Virus record (IMG/VR): IMGVR_UViG_3300025087_000034
Source of the DNA: a virus
Lineage: Duplodnaviria > Caudoviricetes
Reading direction: 5' to 3' (one strand)
DNA length: 64,000 bases
Shown: one piece after another, positions 36,665 to 46,157 of the stretch
How positions within the stretch are numbered: the stretch's first letter is position 1
Layout: each line of letters starts with the position of its first letter
Program-made: the position numbers and the translations under genes
Notes under the pieces: generated by a model
Told to the model about the DNA's origin: nothing
The model's database searches: none
What the model saw: only the letters and a program-made list of their open reading frames with translations

Positions 36665-36933
36665 TGGTAAAGACACCTTGGCGATATTCCGAAGTTGAGC
36701 TTTTGATAGAGAACTATGAAACAAAAACAACAGACGAGCTAATGGAGTTGATTCCTAATAAAACAAGAAAGGCTATCAATAGGAAAGTTGAGGAGCTTAG
36801 AGCAGAAGGTACTATTGGGTATAGAGATAGCCGTACAGTTAAGAGGGCGTATCGTCAGAGAGGTAAGTCTGGTAGGCCTACTAAGGACAACGGTGGGGGC
36901 CTATCGTCACCATTAGATTATGAGGAAGTATAG
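36664..36933 (+). CDS. Myb/HTH-like small DNA-binding protein
   Basis: PWRYSEVELLIENY...ELMELIPNKTRKAINRK pattern. Confidence 0.6.
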   Translation: MVKTPWRYSEVELLIENYETKTTDELMELIPNKTRKAINRKVEELRAEGTIGYRDSRTVKRAYRQRGKSGRPTKDNGGGLSSPLDYEEV

Positions 36934-37452
36934 TTGGATCAAAAACAGATAGATAAATGGCTAACAAAAAAGAAAGCCTCTTCTCAATACTGGCAGATTA
37001 AGAATTTATTTAAGGGTTTACGTTTAAAGTACAAAGAAGAAGGAAAAAATACTGAGTTTTATGCCCTAACTGTTCCTTTATTTGGTCTAAAAGTTAGATT
37101 TTCGGGTGTGTCGTTACCGAATGAATTAGGATGGGAGGTATTTTTTGTGCCGCCAGAGAAATTAGAGAATAGGGGCGAAGTGGAAGGGATACGTGAGAGT
37201 ATATTTTGGTTTTTAGTTCAAGCTGGTTACTTCGCATATATAAGAGAAATAGAAGGGGGCGCTTATACCAATATATTTACTTCCTTATTAATAACACAGG
37301 GATGGGCTGAGAAAATTATGCGTAAAAGGGTCGAGTTGTGCGGTAAAGAGCCCTGTAAAAATTTTATGAAGGTACGGACCGAAGAATTTTTGGGCATGTC
37401 TGTTAATAAAATACTTGCGTATTCTCCTGGTTTTTTTGATTATCTAATGTAG
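36934..37452 (+). CDS. Hypothetical protein
   Basis: 172-aa ORF abutting the upstream stop. Confidence 0.7.
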   Translation: MDQKQIDKWLTKKKASSQYWQIKNLFKGLRLKYKEEGKNTEFYALTVPLFGLKVRFSGVSLPNELGWEVFFVPPEKLENRGEVEGIRESIFWFLVQAGYFAYIREIEGGAYTNIFTSLLITQGWAEKIMRKRVELCGKEPCKNFMKVRTEEFLGMSVNKILAYSPGFFDYLM

Positions 37453-37460
37453 GAGGGCAC

Positions 37461-38012
37461 ATGGCGTTTTTAGTTGTAGGTTTATGTTTAGTTTTAGTTT
37501 TTGTTATTAATATGTTTTTTTCCGCGCGAAAAAAACTAATCACTACAACAAACAAGCTATCCAATATGCAGTCTACAATAGATGAACTAAGAAGTGGGAA
37601 TGAGTTAAATAATAAGATGATGGTACAGCTTAGCTATACTTTAGGAAAAAGTAGAGAGGCTTTCGACGAGTTGGAGAGTTCGGCCAGTAAAACCACACAA
37701 GAAAGAAACGTATTGGATGAATTATATAGGAAAGAAAGAGGTAGAAATAAATCCATAGAGGTTAGAACCGGCCAGATTATGGAAAAAATGGTTCCATTAT
37801 TAGATATATTTGAGGAGGACCACGAAAATGCATATTTTATGGGTCAACCTATTGATTATATTATATATTCCGAAGATAAAGTAGTATTTTTAGAGGTAAA
37901 AACAGGAGGGGCACAACTTACCACAAAACAAAGAAAAATTCGGGATTTGATAAATGATAAGAAGGTAGAGTTTAGGGTAGTTAGGATTAAACCAGAGGAG
38001 GAGGAAAGCTAG
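37461..38012 (+). CDS. Membrane-anchored endonuclease related to archaeal Holliday junction resolvase
   Basis: N-terminal TM helix and coiled coil, then GQIMEKMVP...FMGQPIDYI...FLEVKTGGAQLTTKQRKIRD. Confidence 0.82.
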   Translation: MAFLVVGLCLVLVFVINMFFSARKKLITTTNKLSNMQSTIDELRSGNELNNKMMVQLSYTLGKSREAFDELESSASKTTQERNVLDELYRKERGRNKSIEVRTGQIMEKMVPLLDIFEEDHENAYFMGQPIDYIIYSEDKVVFLEVKTGGAQLTTKQRKIRDLINDKKVEFRVVRIKPEEEES

Positions 38013-38013
38013 G

Positions 38014-38418
38014 ATGTGGGTACCAGAAGATATAAAGGGAACATTAGAATCTACGGGGGAATTAAATAAAAGGATAATAGAGTTAGAACAAAAGGTAGCT
38101 GAGTTAGAAGTCAAACTAGCTAGTAAGGATACTCTTGTACTAAGAAAACAAGAGATAGATAAAACGACGATACCAATAGATTCTAGTTTAAAGGTAAACA
38201 GCAAAAAGGAACTTATGGAGCAAGCTAGTCAGGAGTTAACAATAACTTCTTCAGGCGAGCAGCCAAGCTATGGTTCAGAGGACGAGTGGTTTGGGCAGGG
38301 TAGGAGGACTTCTTACCGTCCTTATCAAGAATCTGAAGCTAGGACTAGGACATTGTGTGATATAGTAGAAGACCCGGGGGGTTGGCCCGATGACATAGCT
38401 GATTTTTTAGGTTTTTAA
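38014..38418 (+). CDS. Hypothetical coiled-coil protein
   Basis: 134-aa ORF. Confidence 0.7.
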   Translation: MWVPEDIKGTLESTGELNKRIIELEQKVAELEVKLASKDTLVLRKQEIDKTTIPIDSSLKVNSKKELMEQASQELTITSSGEQPSYGSEDEWFGQGRRTSYRPYQESEARTRTLCDIVEDPGGWPDDIADFLGF

Positions 38419-38446
38419 GTAACAAGATTAAGGAGTATTAATAACT

Positions 38447-39142
38447 ATGAATTCTAGGATAAAACTTTTGTGGGCAACTCCCGATTGTGAGTATCAGATT
38501 GTGAGAAGCACTCGTATTTGTTGGGACAGTGGGGAGGAGTCAGACAGCCGTTGGGTACAAACAGATGACTATAGAAAGCTAATGGTGGAGAAGCAAATGA
38601 CCCTTGGGGTTCCCTTATTTGAAGTAAAATTGGGCTCAAAGGACGAAGCTCTCCTTAGAAAGATTATGTCAAACCAACACAACACTTGCCTTCGTTTTGC
38701 TAGTGCAGCTTTTCATATAGAGGGTATTTCTCGTGTGTGTTCACACCAATTGGTTAGAATAGCAAACTTTGGTTTACTACAAAGGTCTCAACGTTATTGT
38801 TTAGAAGACGGGACAGGGTTTATTTTGCCAACTTCCTTAGAGTTCGACGACGAAGTTTTGGAATTTAATAAGGCGGCAGAAAACCTGTATAGGAAATTAA
38901 TAGCTAATGGTGTTAAGGAGGAGGACGCCAGGTATGTTTTACCATCCTCATCTTCTACACAACTAGATATGACCTCAAATTTCCAGGGATGGAAACACTT
39001 TTTGAGTATTCGCCTTGCAAAGAAGGTTCAGTATGAGACACGCTTGGTGGCTGCAAAACTATGTCAAGAGTTATATAAGCTAGCCCCCATAGTGTTTGAA
39101 GAAGACTATAACAAACTTGACAAGATAAGTTTAGGAGACTAA
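38447..39142 (+). CDS. thyX: Flavin-dependent thymidylate synthase-like protein with divergent signature
   Basis: IEGISRVCSHQLVR...SQRY, EDARYVLP, NFQGWKHFLSIR...QYETR; RHRx7S motif reads RIAx7S. Confidence 0.85.
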   Translation: MNSRIKLLWATPDCEYQIVRSTRICWDSGEESDSRWVQTDDYRKLMVEKQMTLGVPLFEVKLGSKDEALLRKIMSNQHNTCLRFASAAFHIEGISRVCSHQLVRIANFGLLQRSQRYCLEDGTGFILPTSLEFDDEVLEFNKAAENLYRKLIANGVKEEDARYVLPSSSSTQLDMTSNFQGWKHFLSIRLAKKVQYETRLVAAKLCQELYKLAPIVFEEDYNKLDKISLGD

Positions 39143-39208
39143 AAATGGATACTAATGAGAGGGTGGAATTCAACATTAGTCGTGTACGTACACTCGCGTA
39201 GGTGATTT

Positions 39209-39424
39209 TTGTTCTCCGAAAAAAAATATGAAATAGAGTATTATGCAGAACCATTATGTGAATGTTTTAAATGTTCAAATATACACTTACGTAAAGATAG
39301 AACTAAAAAGGCTCTAAATAGCGGTAAGTTCTTATGTATTTATTTGTGCCCAAAATGTGGTGCTGAGAAGTACCTTTGGGTAGGGGATAAAATTCTTAAG
39401 AGGAGGGCGCAAAGTGGAGACTAG
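39209..39424 (+). CDS. Small zinc-finger protein
   Basis: CECFKC...CPKCG. Confidence 0.6.
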   Translation: MFSEKKYEIEYYAEPLCECFKCSNIHLRKDRTKKALNSGKFLCIYLCPKCGAEKYLWVGDKILKRRAQSGD

Positions 39425-39866
39425 GCCGGTATTTAAGGTGTGGAAGCTATCTGAGGGTTCTAAAATACCCATTCAAGCACATGATACAGATACAGGATGG
39501 GATGTTTGTGCTGAGGTGGATTTTATTTTGCCGCCGAAAAAACTTTCTGCCGTTCCTTTGGGTATTGTTGTTAAGGCTCCAGAGGGATATTATATAGAAC
39601 TATACCCAAGAAGTTCTCTATTTAAGAAACATAAATGTGTTTTAGCTAATTCTGTAGGAATAGTAGATGGTTCTTTTTCTGGACCTAATGATAAGTTGAT
39701 GGCTCTATTGTATAATACATCTTCTGAGCTCCAACATATAGAGGCTGGAGAGCGCATTCTTCAGATGGTCCCCAGAAAAAGGTTGGACATTGATTTGTGG
39801 GACATGACAGGACAACCCTTTGAGACCGGGGACCGTGGGGGTCTTGGTTCGACAGGAGAGAAATAA
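39414..39866 (+). CDS. dut: Trimeric dUTPase
   Basis: DTGWDV, PRSSL, GIVDGSFSG, ERILQ, RGGLGSTG motifs. Confidence 0.92.
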   Translation: METRPVFKVWKLSEGSKIPIQAHDTDTGWDVCAEVDFILPPKKLSAVPLGIVVKAPEGYYIELYPRSSLFKKHKCVLANSVGIVDGSFSGPNDKLMALLYNTSSELQHIEAGERILQMVPRKRLDIDLWDMTGQPFETGDRGGLGSTGEK

Positions 39867-40246
39867 TGACTATAGAAACACTGAATAAGCTGTTGGACGC
39901 AATGACAGATTTAAGTGCTATAAATGTAAGATTGAAAGATGAGGAGCTAACTCTTGTCCTTCTTGATTTGTCCTCCATTATGATTGAGGAATTAAAGGCC
40001 TATGTTCCTGGTAAGTTGGAGACTGCTTTAACTGAGCCAGGGCAATGTTGGCAGTGCGGCCCGTATAAGATTTTCAATACGGCTGAGCCCCAAAACCAGG
40101 ACCCTTGTCGTTATATTCCTACTGTGTGGAGTGAAGCTGCCGGAGGTTGGCTCAGTACCTTACGGTATGTTGATAACACGGAAAAGGTCGAGGGTACAGA
40201 CCTATTAGACTATACTCATACGGAAACAAAGTCCGATGGCAAATAA
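39866..40246 (+). CDS. Hypothetical protein
   Basis: 126-aa ORF with TAATG overlap. Confidence 0.7.
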   Translation: MTIETLNKLLDAMTDLSAINVRLKDEELTLVLLDLSSIMIEELKAYVPGKLETALTEPGQCWQCGPYKIFNTAEPQNQDPCRYIPTVWSEAAGGWLSTLRYVDNTEKVEGTDLLDYTHTETKSDGK

Positions 40247-40475
40247 GCCTGTTCGTGTTTCAAATTCTGTAGCTATTAATATAGTTCCCCCAAAGGGGTT
40301 TTCTTTGAGTGGTGATACTAAAGTAGTATCAGAAGAACAAAAAAGCCCGCCAGAAGAAGAAATACTTACTCAACTATACAACCATTTAGAGCGACTAGAA
40401 AATTTAAAACAAGATACAATAAAATTAATTGGTATGGTAAAGAAAAAATTTGGTTGTTCTAATTGTGATAAATAG
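40236..40475 (+). CDS. Hypothetical protein
   Basis: 79-aa ORF. Confidence 0.65.
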   Translation: MANKPVRVSNSVAINIVPPKGFSLSGDTKVVSEEQKSPPEEEILTQLYNHLERLENLKQDTIKLIGMVKKKFGCSNCDK

Positions 40476-40477
40476 AT

Positions 40478-40525
40478 TTTTAGAGGCCTGAAAAATTTTA
40501 GGTATGCCACGAGGGATCGTTCCTT
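40478..40525 (+). repeat. Dispersed intergenic motif, copy B
   Basis: TTTTAGAGGCCTGAAAAATTTTAGGTATGCCACGAGGGATCGTTCCTT, homologous to 35330-35376. Confidence 0.7.
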
Positions 40526-40583
40526 AGTCGTCGAAAGGCTGTTTCAAAGGGCACGATGTTAGGTTAGCTAGGAGATATAGATA

Positions 40584-41312
40584 GTGGAATCTGGTATAGT
40601 TTATAAAAAATGTAGTAAGTGTAAGGAAGTAAAGCCTATCGAGGAGTTTCATAATGATAAGACTCGCGCTGATGGGCATAGGAACTGGTGTAGAATATGC
40701 GCTGTGAAACATAGAAGACAGTATTACAAAGATAATAAAGATGCCATAGCCCAATATTACGAAGATAATAAAGAGGCTATAGCTAAGTATGGTAGGCAAT
40801 ATCGCAAAGATAATAAAGATATCGTAGCAGAGCGGAACAAGCAATATTACGAAGGTAATAAAGATACCATAGCAGAGAAGCATAAGCAATATTACGAAGG
40901 TAATAAAGATACCATAGCAGAACGGAAAAAGCAATATTACGAAGGTAATAAAGATACCATAGCAGAGAAGCATAAGCGGTATTATAAAACTTTTTTAGGT
41001 AGGAAAGCGATAAAAGCAGGCAGCCAAAATCGTAGAGCCAGGAAAAAGAAAGCTGAAGGTAAGATTACTAAAACAGTAGTGCTGCAGGTGGAAGAAAATA
41101 ATAGACAAGAGTATGGTAAGTTAGCTTGTGTTTATTGTGGAGCGGCTGTTTCCGATGATTACCATTTAGATCATAGAGTGCCTCTAGCACGGGGCGGGGA
41201 TAATACAATAGAAAACCTGGCTATAGCTTGTCCAACATGTAATCTTAGAAAACATACAAAAACAGATGAGGAATTTTTAGAAGAACTCCAAAAATATCCC
41301 CCAAATAATTAG
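40584..41312 (+). CDS. HNH endonuclease with Zn finger and 15-aa repeat linker, paralog of 35849-36664
   Basis: MESGIVYKKCSKC; KQYYEGNKDTIAExx repeats; CVYCG...HLDHRVPLARGGDNTIENLAIACPTCN. Confidence 0.9.
   Translation: MESGIVYKKCSKCKEVKPIEEFHNDKTRADGHRNWCRICAVKHRRQYYKDNKDAIAQYYEDNKEAIAKYGRQYRKDNKDIVAERNKQYYEGNKDTIAEKHKQYYEGNKDTIAERKKQYYEGNKDTIAEKHKRYYKTFLGRKAIKAGSQNRRARKKKAEGKITKTVVLQVEENNRQEYGKLACVYCGAAVSDDYHLDHRVPLARGGDNTIENLAIACPTCNLRKHTKTDEEFLEELQKYPPNN
40716..40973 (+). repeat. Coding tandem repeat, 45-nt unit (5 x 45 nt plus one 33-nt unit)
   Basis: AAGCAATATTACGAAGGTAATAAAGATACCATAGCAGA repeated in frame. Confidence 0.88.
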
Positions 41313-41326
41313 GGCGGGGTTTTCTG

Positions 41327-41344
41327 GAAAATTTCTAGGTATCA
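41327..41344 (+). repeat. Partial third copy of the intergenic motif
   Basis: GAAAATTTCTAGGTATCA core shortly after a TAG stop. Confidence 0.5.
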
Positions 41345-41513
41345 TTCGTTGGCGAGGGTTTCTTTCGTGCGCGCAGGAAAGGTTTTTTATTGGACCAACC
41401 ATAAAACGAGAACAACAAGTAGAAAAATCCAGAGGGTCTTTCGACGGTCGGTTTGGAAAAAAAGAAGAGGAACGAGGTGTTCTATCTACTGTTTTTCAGA
41501 TAAGGAGGGCATA

Positions 41514-41873
41514 ATGCAGGATATTGAGATTAGACCAAAGAAAAGGGCACTAAGAAGACAACAGAAAAAACGTATGAAAGGAAGAGCTAAGAAGGTAGGG
41601 AAGCTGTGGGGTATAAAAGAAGACGAACTAGACGAATTTGCAGGCAAATTCTGTAACAATATAAAAAGGTGTTCTTGTTGGGCATGTGGGAATTTGAGAA
41701 AGTATCTAGGTGAGGAAACTAAGCAGGAGAGACTAGCAAGGTTGAAAGAAGCAGAAGAATTACCAGACAAAGAAGAGGACAATAGATTGGAGGAGTGGTA
41801 TTGGCTACTAGATCTAGAAAAATTCGAGGATGATGATCTTATGGGGGTTTTTAATTGGGAAAAAGTCTTGTAG
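41514..41873 (+). CDS. Hypothetical basic/acidic protein with CSCWxCGN motif
   Basis: AAGGAGG RBS before ATG 41514 (track start 41349 is probably an artefactual extension). Confidence 0.7.
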   Translation: MQDIEIRPKKRALRRQQKKRMKGRAKKVGKLWGIKEDELDEFAGKFCNNIKRCSCWACGNLRKYLGEETKQERLARLKEAEELPDKEEDNRLEEWYWLLDLEKFEDDDLMGVFNWEKVL

Positions 41874-41994
41874 ATAGGTAGATACTAAGGGGATTTATGA
41901 GGGGCATACAAAGAAGGACAAGCGGAATAATTAGTTAGGTAAGTCTATTTGTTCAGTGGTTTTTTTGTCTCCACAGGCATGTATAATTTTTGTT

Positions 41995-42933
41995 TCACAG
42001 TTCCTCACTATGGAAAGCACACAGCCAGTTATCCTTGCTTTGCTTTCTTGTATCTTGGGTTTTTGCATTAATATAGCTGAGGTATCCCTCCATATCAGAA
42101 TAACAATCTTCATAAGGATCTATATATTCAGTTTCCTTCTCTCCTTTTGGGGTCTCCTTTATGAGAGGGGGTTTCTCAGAAGTCTCTATTTTGGTTTTTG
42201 TATCTTGTAAGTTAAGATCTTTAATGTTTGTTGCCCAGGTTCTACCTATTATATGTTGGTCTTCTACCTTGTCAACATCCAGACCATTAAGATTACAATG
42301 TTCGAAACCTATAGGTGTTATAGCTTGCGTCTTTTCGAATACTGTGCTTATGGCATTCAAAACATTAGTTACATAGGTATAGGTGGGGGTTGTACGTCTA
42401 TTGAAAATACATTTTAGAAATTTTGTATCATCAAATATACAATTTACGAATCTTACCTGTGTGGTTCTATCTTCTTCTGAACTTCTGGGATCTACGATTC
42501 CGTCGAATACACATTTAAGAAAGGTGCACCTACGAAATATGCACCCATCAAATCTTGTATGTTCAAATAAGCATTCCTCAAAAACACAATCTATAAATTG
42601 TGTGTCCGACCATATGGTGTTTAGGCCTATTTCGTTTTCCTTAAATACACACTTGTTAAAGAGAGTTTTGTTCGTAGTAAAACCCTCAAAATTTATTAAG
42701 AATAGTTCATTTGCCACCATATTTATGTCAGAAAAGTGGGTATCTCTTATAGTAAGACTGGATAGCGTAGTTTTTTCCATACAGCTATTTGACAATAGAC
42801 ACGACTCTATAGTGAGTAATTCTATCTCGCTGTCTTCTAAATCTATATCAGTTAATGTTTTCCCTACTATTAGATTGCCGGTAATATAAGCTTTCTTAGC
42901 AGTTAATCCTGAGAAGAGTTGGTTAATTTTCAT
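41995..42933 (-). CDS. Pentapeptide-repeat protein
   Basis: Repeated [S/T/C]xF/Lxx pentads (DTQFIDCVFEECLFEHTRFDGCIFRRCTFLKCVFDG). Confidence 0.85.
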   Translation of the reverse strand: MKINQLFSGLTAKKAYITGNLIVGKTLTDIDLEDSEIELLTIESCLLSNSCMEKTTLSSLTIRDTHFSDINMVANELFLINFEGFTTNKTLFNKCVFKENEIGLNTIWSDTQFIDCVFEECLFEHTRFDGCIFRRCTFLKCVFDGIVDPRSSEEDRTTQVRFVNCIFDDTKFLKCIFNRRTTPTYTYVTNVLNAISTVFEKTQAITPIGFEHCNLNGLDVDKVEDQHIIGRTWATNIKDLNLQDTKTKIETSEKPPLIKETPKGEKETEYIDPYEDCYSDMEGYLSYINAKTQDTRKQSKDNWLCAFHSEEL

Positions 42934-43625
42934 ATCAGGCCCCTGGAACAGAATGAAACCATACCACGGTTTTCTATCTTGGGTATCGTTTTATTTATGA
43001 CCGGTACTTTTTCATTATAAGTAGGGATGAGCCCATGAGTACTTAAACAATGCTGTACAGTAAATGGAAGAGACCCATCTATGAAGTTATATTTGTTCTG
43101 CCTTGTTCTTACCTGGTTATATTCTGGGTATGTTTTACTAATTCTACTAAACCTACCTAGAGCAGTGTTAGGTAGGAAATCACAGAATTTGAATGCTGGC
43201 TTGTCCTTTTCTACCCATCGAGACATAGAAAAGTTGGTTCCAGATAGGGACGAATTTTTTATCTGGGTTTCTATGAATGAACATTTATTAAATAGACTAT
43301 TTATAAAGGCACAGAGGTCGAAAACACACCTTATAAAGGTTATATTATTGAATATACAGTCGTATATAATGGAGTTTTCTATGTGTGTATCTAAGATAAC
43401 TCCATTTTGTATTCCAGAGTTTTTTGCATGTAAGCCTGAGATAATAGTATCTTTTATAGCTATTTTATAAGCTAGGCTATTTGTAATATATGGAATATAT
43501 ATTTTACAGCTGCCTGCTTCTAGATCGCCTAACTGTTTTTTATCTGCCTCTAAAGCTTCGATTATCTTGCCTTTAATGACCTGTTTGTTTATCGTGATAG
43601 CTGTGGCTGTAGGATTTGTTCTCAT
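42930..43625 (-). CDS. Pentapeptide-repeat protein
   Basis: NSIIYDCIFNNITFIRCVFDLCAFINSLFNKCSFIETQIKNSSLSGTNF. Confidence 0.85.
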   Translation of the reverse strand: MRTNPTATAITINKQVIKGKIIEALEADKKQLGDLEAGSCKIYIPYITNSLAYKIAIKDTIISGLHAKNSGIQNGVILDTHIENSIIYDCIFNNITFIRCVFDLCAFINSLFNKCSFIETQIKNSSLSGTNFSMSRWVEKDKPAFKFCDFLPNTALGRFSRISKTYPEYNQVRTRQNKYNFIDGSLPFTVQHCLSTHGLIPTYNEKVPVINKTIPKIENRGMVSFCSRGLI

Positions 43626-43656
43626 TGAATTCGTCTTGGGGTCTTTTAGATTGGGG

Positions 43657-44478
43657 TTAGTTGGACATCAATCTTAGAAGGCTATCAGCATAGATAGTCG
43701 CTGTTGTGGAGCTTTCATCTGTGAGACAAGGAGTAGTGTTTATTTCTAAAACATAGGCTTGTTTGTTATCTTTTGAGTAAACAATATCTACTGCTCCATA
43801 ATGTAGCTCAAATTTTTGTAGTGTTAATATGGATACCCTATTTATTAGGTCGATAACCTTAGGATCACTATATGAAGGGGCTAGAAAACTATAGCCATTG
43901 TCATGATTTTTTATAATAGAAGACTCCGTCTTTGTTGTGACTTTTTTTTCTGATAGTTTTGCTATGTAATAATCCTCAATTCTCTTAGGATTTAGTATGT
44001 TACTAAATACATGAGCCCTGAATTCCCTTGTATTTTTTATAAACTTTATAAAATGAGTGGCCCCTTGTAGTTCGGCACTTCTAGCTTCTTTCATATTTTC
44101 GCAAAACCAGAATCCAGAGGCTTTCATATGATAGGTTGTTCTTCCTATAACAGGGAACTCTGCTTTAGATATTTCTTTTGCACTAAGCCATAGTATAGGA
44201 GCAGGGATTCCCTTTGCTTTGAATCGTATTCTTGCTAGTCGTTTATTGGCACTAATTGCTATTTTAGAGGGATGGTTTATTATTGTAGGTTTACCTATAA
44301 TAATAAATATGGAAGAATTTCCCACATTTACTATATAATCGAACTCCCTCCCTTTTATTCTTTTTCCATCAGGTATCCCCTGTAGAACTTCATTGTTTTT
44401 ATCTGTTCCTTGTAAGGCAGTTACTAGGGCATTAGCAGACTGTGCTCCCTTTGCATTATGTAACACTAATATTTTCAT
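43657..44478 (-). CDS. ATP-grasp peptide ligase (phiEco32/YheC-D-like)
   Basis: FPVIGR, REFRAHVF, YGAVDIV, VLEINTTP with intact ExN. Confidence 0.88.
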   Translation of the reverse strand: MKILVLHNAKGAQSANALVTALQGTDKNNEVLQGIPDGKRIKGREFDYIVNVGNSSIFIIIGKPTIINHPSKIAISANKRLARIRFKAKGIPAPILWLSAKEISKAEFPVIGRTTYHMKASGFWFCENMKEARSAELQGATHFIKFIKNTREFRAHVFSNILNPKRIEDYYIAKLSEKKVTTKTESSIIKNHDNGYSFLAPSYSDPKVIDLINRVSILTLQKFELHYGAVDIVYSKDNKQAYVLEINTTPCLTDESSTTATIYADSLLRLMSN

Positions 44479-44487
44479 TATCTCTCC

Positions 44488-45216
44488 TTAGCTAAGTTTA
44501 CAATATATTCCTTGTGTATTAAAACTCCAGCGTAGTCTCTGTTCACAATTACTACAGCGTGTATATATATTATTTTTCTTAGTACAAGAAAAATTATAAA
44601 ATAGTTTATCTATGGTGTCTATGTGGGAGTCACATGAAGGACAATATCCAAAAAATATTCCCGGAGAGACACTATAATAGGTATCTTGTGTTCCCCCTTC
44701 TATATTAGGGGAGGCAGTGTTGAATCTTGTTACAACAAAAGCCTGAAATAGAGCTTTTTGTATAGAATTAGGTGTAGAATCTGGATTTATAAATAGGGGC
44801 ATAACACTAGAGTATATCTTTTCTAATATGAGGCCTATTTTGGAATCCTCTTCTTCATTTAGAGAGGATAGACTATAACTGTTGGGTATTTGTTCAGTAT
44901 TTATTGCATAATGCTTATATCCAGAAGGGAATTCTCTTACATCAATAATTCTCTTTTCTGTTTCTTTTAGCAGTTCTGTAAAAATACTACCACAAAAATC
45001 AGAATTTTTAACAACCACACTATTATAGTGGGTGTCTTTCTCTATACAGATAACTTCAGAGTTAAGAACCTTTGTAGGTATCTGACAGGTTTGGTATTTT
45101 TCTGCTTTTATTATACATAAGGTATCTTTATTAAGAGGACTTATTTTTATATTTAGGTTAGTTTCTTCCAGTTCTCTTCTAGATACTACTTTGTATATCA
45201 TTCCGGGTTTACTCAT
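44488..45216 (-). CDS. Hypothetical protein with C-terminal double zinc ribbon
   Basis: CPSC...CSNC near the C-terminus. Confidence 0.7.
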   Translation of the reverse strand: MSKPGMIYKVVSRRELEETNLNIKISPLNKDTLCIIKAEKYQTCQIPTKVLNSEVICIEKDTHYNSVVVKNSDFCGSIFTELLKETEKRIIDVREFPSGYKHYAINTEQIPNSYSLSSLNEEEDSKIGLILEKIYSSVMPLFINPDSTPNSIQKALFQAFVVTRFNTASPNIEGGTQDTYYSVSPGIFFGYCPSCDSHIDTIDKLFYNFSCTKKNNIYTRCSNCEQRLRWSFNTQGIYCKLS

Positions 45217-46015
45217 TTGAAATAAGTCTGCATATTCTCGGATAAGCTAGGGGTGAGTTAGAATAAGTGCTATTATTGTAGGGAAGTAGGTCAGTTGTGC
45301 ACATGCAAAAATTTAGTTCAAACGTACTCTTGTGGTCACAGTCAGAACATACTATGGTAAACTTATTTTCGTTTGTTACAGCTACTTCCACGTCTGATCT
45401 AAAAGTTAGAGTACTCCCACAATGGCTACATAGAGTATAAGCAGCACTAATTATAGAAGATACTATAAATTTGTGTTCTACTCCTTCCACAAAGGGTATT
45501 TCAGGAGGAGTAGTGTCCCAATTTGTGGCACAGTGGCCTCCAGCTTTTTTGTGATATTGATAGCCCACAAGCCTTTTTTGTATAAAATATTTTTGTATAT
45601 AAATAGGAAATTTGCTAATATTTATTTCTCTTCTTATTGTTTCAAATCCACTTAAAATTTCCAATGGAACCACTATTGGAATAGTATTAAAACGCAGTAG
45701 GGATGGTGTTAATGAATAGTTAAGAGGGTATAAGAATATTTTTTCTTTATACTCTTTTATAGGGCGAAATTCTTCCGGTAGAACGACAAAGATAATATGT
45801 TTCAGATTTTCTATTTCGGATTCTGCTAGGGTCATGACGAAGGAATCCAAAAGAGAGATAAGCTTTATATTTCCCTGGTTTTCTCGTATTGTTTCACCAA
45901 ACTTTAATTCTTCTGATTTTATCTTGAGTATGGTTCCACTAAAAGGTCTAGCTATTTTTGTCACTTTTGTTACCACCTTTTTTATAGTCTGTAGTATACC
46001 AACCAGTACCGACAA
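45209..46015 (-). CDS. Hypothetical protein with C-terminal double zinc ribbon
   Basis: CSHC...CSDC near the C-terminus. Confidence 0.7.
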   Translation of the reverse strand: MSVLVGILQTIKKVVTKVTKIARPFSGTILKIKSEELKFGETIRENQGNIKLISLLDSFVMTLAESEIENLKHIIFVVLPEEFRPIKEYKEKIFLYPLNYSLTPSLLRFNTIPIVVPLEILSGFETIRREINISKFPIYIQKYFIQKRLVGYQYHKKAGGHCATNWDTTPPEIPFVEGVEHKFIVSSIISAAYTLCSHCGSTLTFRSDVEVAVTNENKFTIVCSDCDHKSTFELNFCMCTTDLLPYNNSTYSNSPLAYPRICRLISNE

Positions 46016-46157
46016 GATGAAATGAGGTCGCCTGTATTTGAATTCGCATTTTTGACTTGCATTTAGGACAAACCTTGTCGTTTCTTTTATCTGATGCCTT
46101 TTGCTCTATTTCTCGTTCTCTACCACAATTTTCACACTTGAAAAGATAGAAAGGCAT
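45948..46157 (-). CDS. FmdB-family zinc-ribbon protein
   Basis: MPFYLFKCENCG...CPKC...SFHLVGTGWYTTDY. Confidence 0.88.
   Translation of the reverse strand: MPFYLFKCENCGREREIEQKASDKRNDKVCPKCKSKMRIQIQATSFHLVGTGWYTTDYKKGGNKSDKNS

Noticed and set aside
40524-40973. Minus-strand repeat ORF (LLCYGIFITFVIL...)
   Set aside because: Antisense shadow of the second HNH repeat
41349-41513. N-terminal extension of the 41349 ORF
   Set aside because: A strong AAGGAGG precedes ATG 41514, and the upstream part overlaps the repeated intergenic motif region
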